Shown here: piece by piece, positions 26,277 to 35,961 of the stretch
Numbering within the stretch: position 1 is the first letter of the stretch
How the letters are laid out: each line of letters starts with the position of its first letter
Assembly (NCBI GenBank): GCA_044238425.1
Contig: JBIIDI010000001.1
Location: 1 to 42,156 of the forward strand
Source: Ilumatobacteraceae bacterium
GTDB lineage: Bacteria > Actinomycetota > Acidimicrobiia > Acidimicrobiales > Ilumatobacteraceae
Direction of reading: 5' to 3'
DNA length: 42,156 nt
Translations under genes and position numbers: made by a program
Notes under the pieces: model-generated
What the model was told of the DNA's origin: nothing
Databases searched by the model: none
Seen by the model: only the letters and a program-made list of their open reading frames with translations

Positions 26277-27206
26277 CTAGTTGGCGACGACTGCGCCGGC
26301 GAGCGGATCCCAGCGGCCGTAGGCGGAATCGACGCGGATGTCGGCATCGGCGAGGGCTCCGAGCAGGAGGTAGTCACCGGCCGACGTTGCATAGTTCGCG
26401 GTGACCGATTCGGCCACTGCATCGAACGGCCGCACGAAGATGACGTGGTAGCCGAACGACGAGCGCACGGGTCCGAACGGACGTGCCACCGACGCATCGA
26501 GCGCACCGGCGAGGAAGCGGTCGTCGAAACCCTCCTGGTACTGGTTGAGTGCGATGCAGTCGCCGTCGGCAGCGCTCAGTGCGCCACCGGTCGTCTTCGC
26601 ATTCGGCTCCACCGAATACTTGGCGGCGACGGCGGCGAATGCCTCGTCGTCGACGGTCGTCGTGCCGAGTTCCTTCAAAGCCGTGCGCGCGGTTGCTTCA
26701 TCGGGCACGACGAGATGTCGCAGGCACAACATGCCGACGGACGCCGGCCGGCGCTCGTAGCTCGCCCGCAGCGCGTCGGTTGACGGAGCTTTGGCGCGGT
26801 CGAGTGCCGACACGGCACTGTTCAACTGGATGATGATCTCGCGCAGCGAGTCGCTGTACTCCGCGCCACCCGATTCTCCGAAGCGTTGTTCGCTGAACTC
26901 GCGATCGCCGTCGGTCACCTCGAGCCCGAGGTCGGTGAGCAGTCCGTCGGTGGTGCGACCGATGATGAGCGAGGTGAGCACGCTGCGCACAAACTCGGCG
27001 TCGGCCATTCCGTTCGTCGTGATCGCAGTCTGTCCGACGGCGGCAAGGTCGGCAACGACCGTTTCCAGCTCGGCGCGGTCGATGTCACTGCCGTTGATCG
27101 ATGCAGCGGCGTTGCTCGTGACGCCGCACGACGGAAGGACGACGAGCGCCGCGAGTGCGGCGGCGACGAAGCGGCGGTGACGGGACGTGGATCGCATGTG
27201 TTGCAC
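26277..27206 (-). CDS. PpiC-type (parvulin) peptidyl-prolyl isomerase lipoprotein
   Basis: The lipobox reads AALVVLPSC|G. The parvulin core is LCLRHLVV...SSFGYHVIFVRPF. The start is GTG at 27206. Confidence 0.75.
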   Translation of the reverse strand: MQHMRSTSRHRRFVAAALAALVVLPSCGVTSNAAASINGSDIDRAELETVVADLAAVGQTAITTNGMADAEFVRSVLTSLIIGRTTDGLLTDLGLEVTDGDREFSEQRFGESGGAEYSDSLREIIIQLNSAVSALDRAKAPSTDALRASYERRPASVGMLCLRHLVVPDEATARTALKELGTTTVDDEAFAAVAAKYSVEPNAKTTGGALSAADGDCIALNQYQEGFDDRFLAGALDASVARPFGPVRSSFGYHVIFVRPFDAVAESVTANYATSAGDYLLLGALADADIRVDSAYGRWDPLAGAVVAN

Positions 27207-27228
27207 GCGAACACCCTAGTTGTCGGGG

Positions 27229-27259
27229 TGCGCACGGGGGCCGGCGTCCGCCGTGCGCA
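27229..27259 (-). terminator. 9-bp stem / 13-nt loop hairpin abutting the mfd stop codon
   Basis: TGCGCACGG (27229-27237) pairs with CCGTGCGCA (27251-27259). No U-tract is present. Confidence 0.25.
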
Positions 27260-30200
27260 TCACTCGTCGGGATCGAAGAGTTCGCGCAGCACGTCGAGGA
27301 ACACGGTGACTGGAGCCGCTGCGGAGACGAGCGGAACAGTCAGCTCCTTGTCGTCGACGTCGAACTTCGCTCCCGTGAAGACGCGCTCGATGCGCATCCG
27401 ACGACTCGCCGGCACGGTGACGGGAGAAACCCGGATCCGTTTGTCGACGACCGCCACGTGGGTGATGCCGTGCTCGACGCAGCGGGCACGCAGCGCGCCG
27501 ATGTCGAGCAGGGCGAGGGCCTCGGGCGGCGGTGGTCCGAAGCGGTCCGTCCATTCGGCACGCAACGCCTCGACGTCGTCCATCGACCGCACCTGCGCGA
27601 CACGGCGGTAGCCATCGAGGCGCAACTCCTCGGCGTCGACGTACGTGTCGGGAAGGAATGCGCGCGTCGGAATCTCGATCTTGACGTCGACGGGCGGCGG
27701 CAACTGTTCACCCTTCAGTTCCTCGACGGCTTCGGACACGAGCTGGCAGTAGAGGTCGTAACCGACGGCGGCGATCCGTCCGCTCTGCTGTTCGCCGAGG
27801 AGGCTGCCCGCACCGCGCAACTCGAGGTCGCGCCGGGCGATCTTGAAACCGCTGCCGAGCTCGGTGGCTTCACCGATGGTCCGCAGCCGCTCGTACGCAA
27901 CTTCGCGCAACACGAGGTCGCGCGGATGGAAGAGGTACGCGTACGCCTGCTGCCCGCCGCGCCCGACACGACCGCGCAGCTGGTGCAACTGGCCGAGACC
28001 GAGACGGTGCGCATCTTCGACGACGAGCGTGTTCACCGCCGGCATGTCGATGCCGCTCTCGATGATCGTCGTGCACACGAGGACGTCGAACTTGCCTTCC
28101 CAGAAATCGACGACCGTGCGTTCGAGGGTTGCCTCGTCCATCTGGCCGTGGGCGAAGGTGATCCGCGCCTCGGGCACGAGCGTGCGCAACTCCTCGGCGC
28201 GTTCCTCGATCGTCGCGACGGTGTTGTGCACCCAGAAAACCTGTCCCTGGCGCAACAGTTCGCGCCGGATTGCCTCGGCGGCGATGCGTCGGTCGTATCC
28301 GGTGACGAACGTGCGAATGGGTTGGCGATCCGCCGGTGGAGTGTTCAGCAGTGACATGTCGCGGATGCCGACGAGACTCATCTCGAGCGTGCGCGGAATC
28401 GGGGTGGCCGACAGCGTGAGCACGTCGACGTTCGTGCGCAGCATCTTCATCGACTCCTTGTGCTGCACTCCGAAGCGCTGCTCCTCGTCGACGATGAGCA
28501 GTCCGAGATCGCGGAACTTCACTCCCTCCTGCAACAAGCGGTGAGTGCCGATGACGCAGTCGACGTCACCGCTCGCGAGTCCGGCGAGGACCTTGCGTGC
28601 CTGCGTGACGGTGACGAATCGGGACAGCATCTCGACGCGCACCGGGTACCGCGCGAAGCGCTCGCTGAACGTGGTGAAGTGCTGCGATGCGAGCAGCGTC
28701 GTCGGCACGAGCACCGCCACCTGCTTGCCGTCCTGAATGCACTTGAATGCCGCGCGGAGCGCGACCTCGGTCTTGCCGAAGCCGACGTCGCCGCACAGCA
28801 GGCGATCCATCGGCGCGGGGCGTTCCATGTCGCGTTTGATCTCCTCGATCGCCCGCAACTGGTCGTTCGTCTCGACGAACTCGAACGCCGCTTCCATCTC
28901 CTGTTGCCACGGCGTGTCCGGGCCGAACGCGTGGCCGACCGCGTGCAGTCGGCGCTGGTAGAGCACGACGAGTTCCTGGGCGACGAGACGCAGCTCGGAA
29001 CGCACGCGTTGCTTCACGCGCTCGAAGTCGGCGCCGCCCATGCGGTTGAGGGTCGGTGAGTCGCCGCCGACGTACGGACGAATCGCGTTCACCTGGTCGC
29101 TGAGGACGTAGATGTTGCCGTTCGCGTACCTCAGGCGCAGGTAGTCGCGCTCGACGCCGTCGATCTCCTGTCGGACCATTCCCTCGTACACGCCGATGCC
29201 GTGCACCTCGTGCACGACGTGGCCACCGACGACTAGATCCTCGAACGACAGCGCCGCTTCGCGCCGCTTCGTGCCGCGCCGTCGTGTCGAGCGACGACCG
29301 ACGATTTCCCCCTCGGAGACGATCCACAGTCGCTGCTCGGGAAAGACGCATCCGTCGTTGAGCGGGGCGATCGCCAGGTACGTGCCGGGTGCTTCGGGTG
29401 CGGTGTCGGCGGAGAGTCGGCGCGGCGCGACCCCGTGCGCCGAAAGTTGCGCGGCGAAGCGCGTCAGCGATTCGCCGGTGTTGAAGCACAGCACGACGCG
29501 CTGATCGCGCTGCACCGCATCGCTCAGGCGCGCGGCGAAATCCTCGATCGTTGCCGGTGCGGATCCCCAGCGACTCGTGCGCACCGTGGCCGACGCGTCG
29601 ATCTCCATTGCGGGTGACGAGATCGTCAGCGCGAGCGGTGCGGGGGCGTCACCGAGCACGGTGTCGAGCGGCAGGTGCAGGCGGGGGAATCGTTCCGCGT
29701 CGGTGCGGTCCCACGTCGAGGCAAGCCCTTCGGCGAGCGCGAGTTCCTCGTCGAGCACGTCCCGGGCGCGATTCTCGAGGTAGTGCGGGTCGCACACGAT
29801 GATCGCCGCGCGTTCGGGTAGCAGCGAGACGACCGTCGTGTCGTCGGCGAACCACGGCGTCCAGTTCTCGATTCCGTCGAACGCGGTGGCGGCGGCGAGC
29901 CGCTCCCAGTGCTCGCGACCCCACGGTTCCTCCCCGACGAGCTGACCGGCTCGCTCGCGTACGGCGGCCGTGATGATGAACTCGCGTGACGGCACGATCC
30001 GCGCGACGTCGACGTCGTCGGTGCTGCGCTGGTCGTCGACGCCGAAACGCGTGACGCGCTCGACTTCGTCACCCCACCACTCGATGCGCACGGGTGCGTC
30101 GCTCGTTGCGTCGAACACGTCGAGGATCGCCCCGCGCCGCGAGAACTCGCCGCGGTGCTCGCACAACGGTTCACGGCGGTACCCCCACTCGACGAGCATC

Positions 30201-30706
30201 GTCATCAGCGACTCGGGATCGACGACGTCGCCGCGTCGCACGACGATCGGTGTCACGTCGGCGATGCCCGGTGCGAGTCGTTGCATGACCGCACGGCCCG
30301 AACCGACGACGATGCGCGGCGTGCGTCCGTCACGAAGTCGCGCGATCACCGACATGCGCCGGCCCATCGTCGCGACGTCGGGGCTCATCCGTTCGAAGGG
30401 CAGCGTTTCCCAGGCGGGGAAGTGTTCGACGTCGTCGCCGAGAAAGCAGCTCAGATCGTCCGCAAGCGCCCGTGCCTGCGCCTCGGTCGGCACGACGACG
30501 AGTGACGTCGATGCCGGTCGGGTGTGGGCGAACGATGCAAGCAGCGCAGGGCGCGCGTTCTCCGGCCACGTCACCCCCGCGCCGTCGGGTTGGTTGAGGC
30601 CGATGCCGCGTCCTGCTGCGGCGAGCACGGCGGCGACCCCGGCGAGCGGTGCCGCGCGGTACTGCGGAGGCGGGACGGGATCGGACATCGTGCGCGGGGT
30701 CGGCAT
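27260..30706 (-). CDS. mfd: Transcription-repair coupling factor
   Basis: 1148 aa with helicase motifs [19 protein letters not shown] and HGQM. A CarD-like segment is [16 protein letters not shown]. The start is ATG 30706, or 30688 as an alternative. Confidence 0.95.
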   Translation of the reverse strand: MPTPRTMSDPVPPPQYRAAPLAGVAAVLAAAGRGIGLNQPDGAGVTWPENARPALLASFAHTRPASTSLVVVPTEAQARALADDLSCFLGDDVEHFPAWETLPFERMSPDVATMGRRMSVIARLRDGRTPRIVVGSGRAVMQRLAPGIADVTPIVVRRGDVVDPESLMTMLVEWGYRREPLCEHRGEFSRRGAILDVFDATSDAPVRIEWWGDEVERVTRFGVDDQRSTDDVDVARIVPSREFIITAAVRERAGQLVGEEPWGREHWERLAAATAFDGIENWTPWFADDTTVVSLLPERAAIIVCDPHYLENRARDVLDEELALAEGLASTWDRTDAERFPRLHLPLDTVLGDAPAPLALTISSPAMEIDASATVRTSRWGSAPATIEDFAARLSDAVQRDQRVVLCFNTGESLTRFAAQLSAHGVAPRRLSADTAPEAPGTYLAIAPLNDGCVFPEQRLWIVSEGEIVGRRSTRRRGTKRREAALSFEDLVVGGHVVHEVHGIGVYEGMVRQEIDGVERDYLRLRYANGNIYVLSDQVNAIRPYVGGDSPTLNRMGGADFERVKQRVRSELRLVAQELVVLYQRRLHAVGHAFGPDTPWQQEMEAAFEFVETNDQLRAIEEIKRDMERPAPMDRLLCGDVGFGKTEVALRAAFKCIQDGKQVAVLVPTTLLASQHFTTFSERFARYPVRVEMLSRFVTVTQARKVLAGLASGDVDCVIGTHRLLQEGVKFRDLGLLIVDEEQRFGVQHKESMKMLRTNVDVLTLSATPIPRTLEMSLVGIRDMSLLNTPPADRQPIRTFVTGYDRRIAAEAIRRELLRQGQVFWVHNTVATIEERAEELRTLVPEARITFAHGQMDEATLERTVVDFWEGKFDVLVCTTIIESGIDMPAVNTLVVEDAHRLGLGQLHQLRGRVGRGGQQAYAYLFHPRDLVLREVAYERLRTIGEATELGSGFKIARRDLELRGAGSLLGEQQSGRIAAVGYDLYCQLVSEAVEELKGEQLPPPVDVKIEIPTRAFLPDTYVDAEELRLDGYRRVAQVRSMDDVEALRAEWTDRFGPPPPEALALLDIGALRARCVEHGITHVAVVDKRIRVSPVTVPASRRMRIERVFTGAKFDVDDKELTVPLVSAAAPVTVFLDVLRELFDPDE

Positions 30707-30717
30707 GCGGCGTCGGG

Positions 30718-31335
30718 TCAGGACGCGTTGATCTGCTGCATCGCGGTGTCGGCACCGTGAAGGACGACGAGCTCCACGGCATCGGCGGCGCGTTGCACGG
30801 CGTGGTCGAACAGTTCGCGATCGCGACGGTTCATCTTCGTGAGCACGTGGTCGGCGCCGTCCTCTTTCGTACGCGGTTTGCCGACGCCGATGCGGATGCG
30901 CACGTAATCCTGCGTCTTCAGTTGTTGCGTGATCGAACGCAGCCCGTTGTGGCCGGCGAGACCACCTCCCACCTTCACGCGAACGACACCCGGCTCGAGG
31001 TCGAGTTCGTCGTGCACGATGACGATGCGGTCGGGTTCGTTGATCGCGTAGCGGCGCGCCATCGGTCCGACCGACTGGCCGGAGTTGTTCATGTACGTCG
31101 TCGGCTTGGCGAGAACGAACACCTGCGCGGTGTGACGCACTTCGGCGACGAGGGCCCGGTCACGACCGGCCTTCAGTTGCACCGAGTGTCGTCGCGCGAG
31201 TTCGTCGATGACGTCGAAGCCGACGTTGTGTCGCGTGTCGTCGTAGTCGCGGCCGGGATTGCCCAAACCGACGACGAGCGCGCCGTACGGCGTTCCCCGC
31301 CGCTCGGGTCGCGCACCGCGACCGAACAGCGCCAT
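30718..31335 (-). CDS. pth: Peptidyl-tRNA hydrolase
   Basis: LVVGLGNPGRDYDDTRHNVGF and GGLAGHNGLRS. Confidence 0.95.
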   Translation of the reverse strand: MALFGRGARPERRGTPYGALVVGLGNPGRDYDDTRHNVGFDVIDELARRHSVQLKAGRDRALVAEVRHTAQVFVLAKPTTYMNNSGQSVGPMARRYAINEPDRIVIVHDELDLEPGVVRVKVGGGLAGHNGLRSITQQLKTQDYVRIRIGVGKPRTKEDGADHVLTKMNRRDRELFDHAVQRAADAVELVVLHGADTAMQQINAS

Positions 31336-31341
31336 CTCGGC

Positions 31342-31989
31342 TTAGGACGCGGGCTTGGTCTCGGCGGCGGGAGCAGCGGCGGGAGCGGCAGCACCTTCGG
31401 CCGGGGCCGCGGCGGCAGCGGGAGCTGCGGCGTCGGGCTTCGTCGACACGACGGTGACGATGACGAACTCGGGATCACCGACGATCGACACGCCTTCGGG
31501 CAACTGCAGGTCGCCGAGACGGATGACGTCGTCCATGCCCATCGCCGAAATGTCGACGGTGATGTCGTTGGGAATGTTGCTCGCGGTGGCGCGAATCTCG
31601 ACCGAGTTGCTCACCGGGTCGACGAGTCCGCCCTCGGCGACGACGGCCTTCGCCACGCCCTTCAAGTGCAACGGAACCTGGACGGTGATCTTCTCGGTGA
31701 GGCTGATCTGCTGGAAGTCGACGTGACGCACGGTGCGCTTCAGCGGGTCGCGCTGCATCTCCTTGACGATTGCGGGGTAGGTCGAACCGTCGACGTGCAA
31801 CTCGAGAATGGTGTTCACACCGGCCGGTCCGGACAGCGCGATGCGCAGATCACGACGCTCGACGGTGACGGGAATCGGCTGCATGCCGTGTCCGTAGATG
31901 ACGGCAGGAATGTGGTCGGCGGCGAGGAGTCGGCGCGATGCGGCACTCCCGAGGGCGCGTCCGACGGAGGTTTTCAGCGCTGTTGGCAT
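31342..31989 (-). CDS. rplY: 50S ribosomal protein L25 / general stress protein Ctc
   Basis: RRLLAADHIPAVIYGHG...RHVDFQQI, with an Ala/Pro-rich C-terminal tail. It occupies the conserved position between prs and pth. Confidence 0.9.
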   Translation of the reverse strand: MPTALKTSVGRALGSAASRRLLAADHIPAVIYGHGMQPIPVTVERRDLRIALSGPAGVNTILELHVDGSTYPAIVKEMQRDPLKRTVRHVDFQQISLTEKITVQVPLHLKGVAKAVVAEGGLVDPVSNSVEIRATASNIPNDITVDISAMGMDDVIRLGDLQLPEGVSIVGDPEFVIVTVVSTKPDAAAPAAAAAPAEGAAAPAAAPAAETKPAS

Positions 31990-32032
31990 CCTGCCAGCCT
32001 ACGGGGGCGACGGACGGGACAAACCCCCGGGC

Positions 32033-33037
32033 TCAGGCTTGGTTTTCGCCGCCGAAAAGTTCGCTCACCGACGTCTCTTCGAACACCGCCGACAGTGCGT
32101 CGGCGATGATCTTGGCGACCGACAGCACCTCGATCTTCGGGCTGTGCTTGCTCTCGTCGAGGGGAATCGTGTTCGTGAGCACGATCCTCGAGATGGGCGA
32201 CTTCTCCAACCGTTCGATCGCCGGACCCGAGAGCACGCCGTGCGTCGCCATGGCCCACACTTCCTTCGCACCGCGGGCAATGAGCAACTCGGCCGCCGAC
32301 ACGATGGTGCCGGCGGTGTCGATCATGTCGTCAGTGAGCACGCACAGGCGACCCTCGACCTCGCCGATGACTTCCTTGGCAACGGCGACGTTTGCCGTAC
32401 CCGGCGGGCGACGCTTGTAGACGAACGCAACGTCTGCGTTGATGTCCGACAAGTGCTGGGCGAATCGCTCGGCGACCTTCACGCGGCCCGCGTCGGGCGA
32501 CACGATGACGAGACCGTCGGAGGCGTTCTCGCGCAGGTAGGTCTCGAGCACCGGGAACGCGGTGAGGTGATCGACCGGACCGTCGAAGAATCCCTGAATC
32601 TGGCCGCTGTGGAGATCGATCGACACCATGCGCTTCGAACCCGCGGCTTTGAACATGTCGGCGAGCATGCGCGCGGTGATCGGCTCGCGACCCTCGGCCT
32701 TGCGGTCCTGGCGCGCGTAACCGTAGAAGGGACACACCGCGGTGACGCGCTTGGCCGAAGCGCGGTACGCGGCATCGATCATGATGAGCTGCTCCATGAT
32801 CGAGTCGTTGATGCTGCGCCCGTTGAAGCCGCAGTGCGTCTGCATGACGAACACGTCGCCGCCGCGCACGCTCTCGCCGAAGCGCGGGCGCACTTCTCCG
32901 TTCGAGAACTCGATGACGTTCGAATCACCGAGTGTGATGTTGAGATGTTTCGCCACTTCCTCGGCGAGTTGGGGATGAGTGCGTCCGGTGTACAACACCA
33001 TTCGCTTCGTCGTGACTTTGTCGATCGACTTGTTCAT
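32033..33037 (-). CDS. prs: Ribose-phosphate pyrophosphokinase
   Basis: FSNGEVRPRFGESVRGGDVFVMQ, DLHSGQIQGFF, VSPDAGRVK and LTDDMIDTAGT. ATG at 33037 overlaps the glmU stop (ATGA). Confidence 0.95.
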   Translation of the reverse strand: MNKSIDKVTTKRMVLYTGRTHPQLAEEVAKHLNITLGDSNVIEFSNGEVRPRFGESVRGGDVFVMQTHCGFNGRSINDSIMEQLIMIDAAYRASAKRVTAVCPFYGYARQDRKAEGREPITARMLADMFKAAGSKRMVSIDLHSGQIQGFFDGPVDHLTAFPVLETYLRENASDGLVIVSPDAGRVKVAERFAQHLSDINADVAFVYKRRPPGTANVAVAKEVIGEVEGRLCVLTDDMIDTAGTIVSAAELLIARGAKEVWAMATHGVLSGPAIERLEKSPISRIVLTNTIPLDESKHSPKIEVLSVAKIIADALSAVFEETSVSELFGGENQA

Positions 33038-34143
33038 CGCGCGCCATCATAGAACGAACCCGTCTTCGCGCCCGCGGCGACGGTCGTTCCGGCGGGAAGG
33101 TGCGCATACGGTCCGACGTGCGCGCCGTCCCCGATGGTCGCTTCGTAGGCGGTGGTGTGTTCCATGTGCACGTTCCTGCCCACGACGCAGTCGACGAGTC
33201 GCGTCGACGGACCCACTTCGGTGCCGTCACCGATCGTCGTGGATCCCTGCAGGATGACCCCGGGATAGAGGGTGACGTCGGTGCCGATCGTGACGGTGAC
33301 GTCGATGAACGTCTGGCGCGGATCGAGCATGGTGACGCCCTCGAGCAACCAGCGCCTGTTCGTTCGGGCTCGCAGCTCGCGCTCGGCGAGGGCGAGCTGC
33401 CAGCGGTCGTTCACCCCGGTGACCTCGGCCGGATCGGCGTTGTGGGCATCGACGCGGTGCCCCATCGCGGCGAGCACCCCGACGGCGTCGGTGAGGTAGT
33501 ACTCGCCTTGGGCGTTGGCGGTGCCGATGCGACGCAATGCGGGGCCGAGAAGACCGCGACGGAAGGCGTAGATGCCCGTGTTGATCTCGCGAATTTCTCG
33601 CTGTTGCGCACTCGCATCCTTGTGCTCGACGATCGCCGTCACTCCGCCGTGTTTGGCGCGAACGACCCGTCCGTAGCCCGTCGGGTCGGTGACGATGCTC
33701 GACAGCATCGTCACCGCGGCACCGCTCGCACGGTGCGTTGCCACGAGGTCGGCGATGGTCTCGGATCGCAGCAGCGGTGTGTCGCCGGGTAGCACGAGCA
33801 CCGTTCCGTCGTCGTCCATGTCGAGATCACCGTCGTCGGCGAGGCCGTCGAGGCGATTCAGCGCATGGAGACCGACGAGCGTGGCGTCGCCGGTGCCGCG
33901 TTGCTCCGGTTGCTCGACGAAGGACACGTTCGCCCACGACGGTGCGTTGCGCGACACGGCGTCCTGCACACGCTGACCCCCGTGACCGACGACGACGAGC
34001 GTGCGGGCCGGCGCAGCCCCGCCGAGAGCCTCGATGACGTGCATGACCATGGGACGACCGCAGATGACGTGCAGCGGCTTGGGTCGGGTCGAGCGCATCC
34101 GCGTGCCGTGGCCGGCGGCGAGTACGAGTGCGGTCGTCGTCAT
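33034..34143 (-). CDS. glmU: GlmU-like UDP-N-acetylglucosamine pyrophosphorylase; the left-handed beta-helix domain ends early, before the acetyltransferase catalytic segment
   Basis: MTTTALVLAAGHGTRMRSTRPKPLH... is the uridyltransferase domain. Hexapeptide repeats run up to ...GPYAHLPAGTTVAAGAKTGSFYDGAR*. The product is only 369 aa, and ATG at 34143 is the only possible start. Confidence 0.8.
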   Translation of the reverse strand: MTTTALVLAAGHGTRMRSTRPKPLHVICGRPMVMHVIEALGGAAPARTLVVVGHGGQRVQDAVSRNAPSWANVSFVEQPEQRGTGDATLVGLHALNRLDGLADDGDLDMDDDGTVLVLPGDTPLLRSETIADLVATHRASGAAVTMLSSIVTDPTGYGRVVRAKHGGVTAIVEHKDASAQQREIREINTGIYAFRRGLLGPALRRIGTANAQGEYYLTDAVGVLAAMGHRVDAHNADPAEVTGVNDRWQLALAERELRARTNRRWLLEGVTMLDPRQTFIDVTVTIGTDVTLYPGVILQGSTTIGDGTEVGPSTRLVDCVVGRNVHMEHTTAYEATIGDGAHVGPYAHLPAGTTVAAGAKTGSFYDGAR

Positions 34144-34216
34144 GGTTCCGGGGAGAGGATTCGAACCCCTATATACGGGACCAAAACCCGTCGTCCTGCC
34201 ATTGAACGACCCCGGA
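34143..34216 (-). tRNA. tRNA-Gln (anticodon UUG), with CCA encoded
   Basis: Folded by hand. Acceptor stem is TCCGGGG/CCCCGGA and D arm is GTTC-AATGGCA-GGAC. Anticodon arm is ACGGG-TTTTGGT-CCCGT and T arm is AGGGG-TTCGAAT-CCTCT. Discriminator is A followed by CCA; total 74 nt. Confidence 0.9.
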
Positions 34217-34227
34217 GCGTCGTTGCA

Positions 34228-34245
34228 GATGTGCATTCACACATC
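34228..34245. promoter_or_regulatory. 18-bp palindrome GATGTG-cattca-CACATC in the divergent promoter region (tRNA-Gln/glmU-prs versus bS22)
   Basis: Read directly. A TTGACG -35-like hexamer for the minus strand sits at 34248-34253. Confidence 0.3.
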
Positions 34246-34287
34246 GCCGTCAAGGGTAGTGGTCACGGCGGTAGCGTGATGCCCCTC

Positions 34288-34383
34288 ATGGGTTCACTCG
34301 TCAAGCGTCGTCGCAAGCGGATGCGCAAGAAGAAGCACAAGAAGATGCTTCGTCGCACCCGTCACCAGCGCAACAGCAAATAG
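34288..34383 (+). CDS. 30S ribosomal protein bS22 (small, highly basic actinobacterial protein)
   Basis: MGSLVKRRRKRMRKKKHKKMLRRTRHQRNSK (31 aa) closely resembles the mycobacterial bS22 sequence as I recall it (MGSVIKKRRKRM.KKKH.K.LR.TR.QR). Confidence 0.8.
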   Translation: MGSLVKRRRKRMRKKKHKKMLRRTRHQRNSK

Positions 34384-34384
34384 T

Positions 34385-35125
34385 TCAGCGCTGAGTCGAC
34401 GCGACGACCACCGTCGCCTCCGGCAGAGCGGTGGTGAGTTCGGGATGCCTGCCGTCCACGAACCACGTCGAACCGCTTCCCGCCAGCGTCGGTGTTGCAC
34501 CGCACGCCGCGATGATGCGTTCCTTCCACTCGACCAATCGCGGCTCGACGACGCACGCAGCAGCCTCGAGGTCGTTGCGGCCCGTCGACTGCAGGTGCGC
34601 GGGTAGCGAGTCCCACGCGCGATACACGGCCGGTGTCGACACGAACAACGGCGGCACGACGAGCGTGACGTCGAGTGCACGGAACTCGAGCGGCGTGACG
34701 ATTTCACCGATTCCCGTCACACGTGCGCGACCGCCGATCATGCAGAACGGCACGTCTGCGCCGAGTCGCGATGCGCCGACGAGATCGTCGTAGCCGGCCC
34801 ATCGCAGGACGGCAGCCGCATCGGCGGAGCCACCACCCAATCCGGCACCGTGCGGGACGTTCTTCGTGAGGTGCACCCCGGCGCGCCGACCGGCGAGTCT
34901 CATCGCGCGCGAGACGAGATTCGAGTCGTCGGTTCCGATGCCCGTCGCGAACGGACCGTCGACGGTGAGCCCGTCCCCGGCCGGGTCGATACGCAGCTCG
35001 TCGCAGAAGTCGAGGCTCACCATTTCGGCATCGATCTCGTGGAATCCGTCCGGCCGCACTCCCGTCACCCGCAAGGACAGGGTGAGTTTTGCCGCGGCGC
35101 GCACGTGCACGATCGCGGAACTCAT
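34385..35125 (-). CDS. ispE: 4-(cytidine 5'-diphospho)-2-C-methyl-D-erythritol kinase
   Basis: AAKLTLSLRVTGVRPDGFHEID and the GHMP motif KNVPHGAGLGGGSADAAA. ATG at 35125 overlaps the rsmA stop (ATGA). The product is compact at 246 aa. Confidence 0.9.
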   Translation of the reverse strand: MSSAIVHVRAAAKLTLSLRVTGVRPDGFHEIDAEMVSLDFCDELRIDPAGDGLTVDGPFATGIGTDDSNLVSRAMRLAGRRAGVHLTKNVPHGAGLGGGSADAAAVLRWAGYDDLVGASRLGADVPFCMIGGRARVTGIGEIVTPLEFRALDVTLVVPPLFVSTPAVYRAWDSLPAHLQSTGRNDLEAAACVVEPRLVEWKERIIAACGATPTLAGSGSTWFVDGRHPELTTALPEATVVVASTQR

Positions 35126-35961
35126 CGTTGCGCAGTCTCCCGCGCCGCGACGGTGCGGTACAAGCGGGCCCATCCGGCAACGTCGAGGTCCTCGGCCCGT
35201 GCGGTGGGGTCGATCCCGGCGGCGACGAAATCCTCGGGCAACACGCGTTGTTTCAGGGCGCTGCGCAGCATCTTGCGTCGCGTGGCGAACCCCGCGCGCA
35301 CGAGGGTGAACAGACCGTGCGGGTCGACGTCGGTGAACAATGGTTCGCTGCGGCGCCGGACTTCGAGCAGTGCCGACGCGACACGCGGCTGCGGGAGAAA
35401 CACCGCTGCGGGAACGTCGCCGACGATGCGTGCGGTTGCCCAGTACGCAACTTTCACGCTCGGAGCCCCGTACGCCTCGTCGCCGACCGTTGCGCACAGT
35501 CGCTCGGCGACTTCCTTTTGCACCATGACGAGCATGCGCGTGATGCGCGGAACGGTGTCGAGCAAGTCGAGCACGAGCGGCGTTCCCACGTTGTACGGCA
35601 GGTTTGCGACGAGCACCCAGTGCGGTGCGTCGCCGAGCAGGTCGTCCCAGTTGACGTGCATTGCATCGGCGTGTACGCAGCGAACGTTCGCGCGGTTCGC
35701 GACGTTCTCGCACAACACGGGAAACAGACCCGTGTCGACTTCGACGGCGGTGATGCTCGCGCCGGTGTCGGCGAGTGCGAGGGTGAGTGCACCGAGACCC
35801 GCACCGACTTCGACGACGTGGTCGTCGCTCGTCACGCCGGCGAGTCGGGCGATGCGACGCACCGTCTCGGGTTCGACGACGAAGTTCTGACCGAGTGCCC
35901 GACGCGGAGCCAGTCCGTGGCGACGGAGCAGTTCCGAGGTGGCGGTACGGGAGAGGGTCAC
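35122..35961 (-). CDS. rsmA: 16S rRNA (adenine1518/1519-N6)-dimethyltransferase
   Basis: LGQNFVVEPETVRRI, VVEVGAGLGALT and NLPYNVGTP. The start is GTG at 35961. Confidence 0.93.
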   Translation of the reverse strand: MTLSRTATSELLRRHGLAPRRALGQNFVVEPETVRRIARLAGVTSDDHVVEVGAGLGALTLALADTGASITAVEVDTGLFPVLCENVANRANVRCVHADAMHVNWDDLLGDAPHWVLVANLPYNVGTPLVLDLLDTVPRITRMLVMVQKEVAERLCATVGDEAYGAPSVKVAYWATARIVGDVPAAVFLPQPRVASALLEVRRRSEPLFTDVDPHGLFTLVRAGFATRRKMLRSALKQRVLPEDFVAAGIDPTARAEDLDVAGWARLYRTVAARETAQR

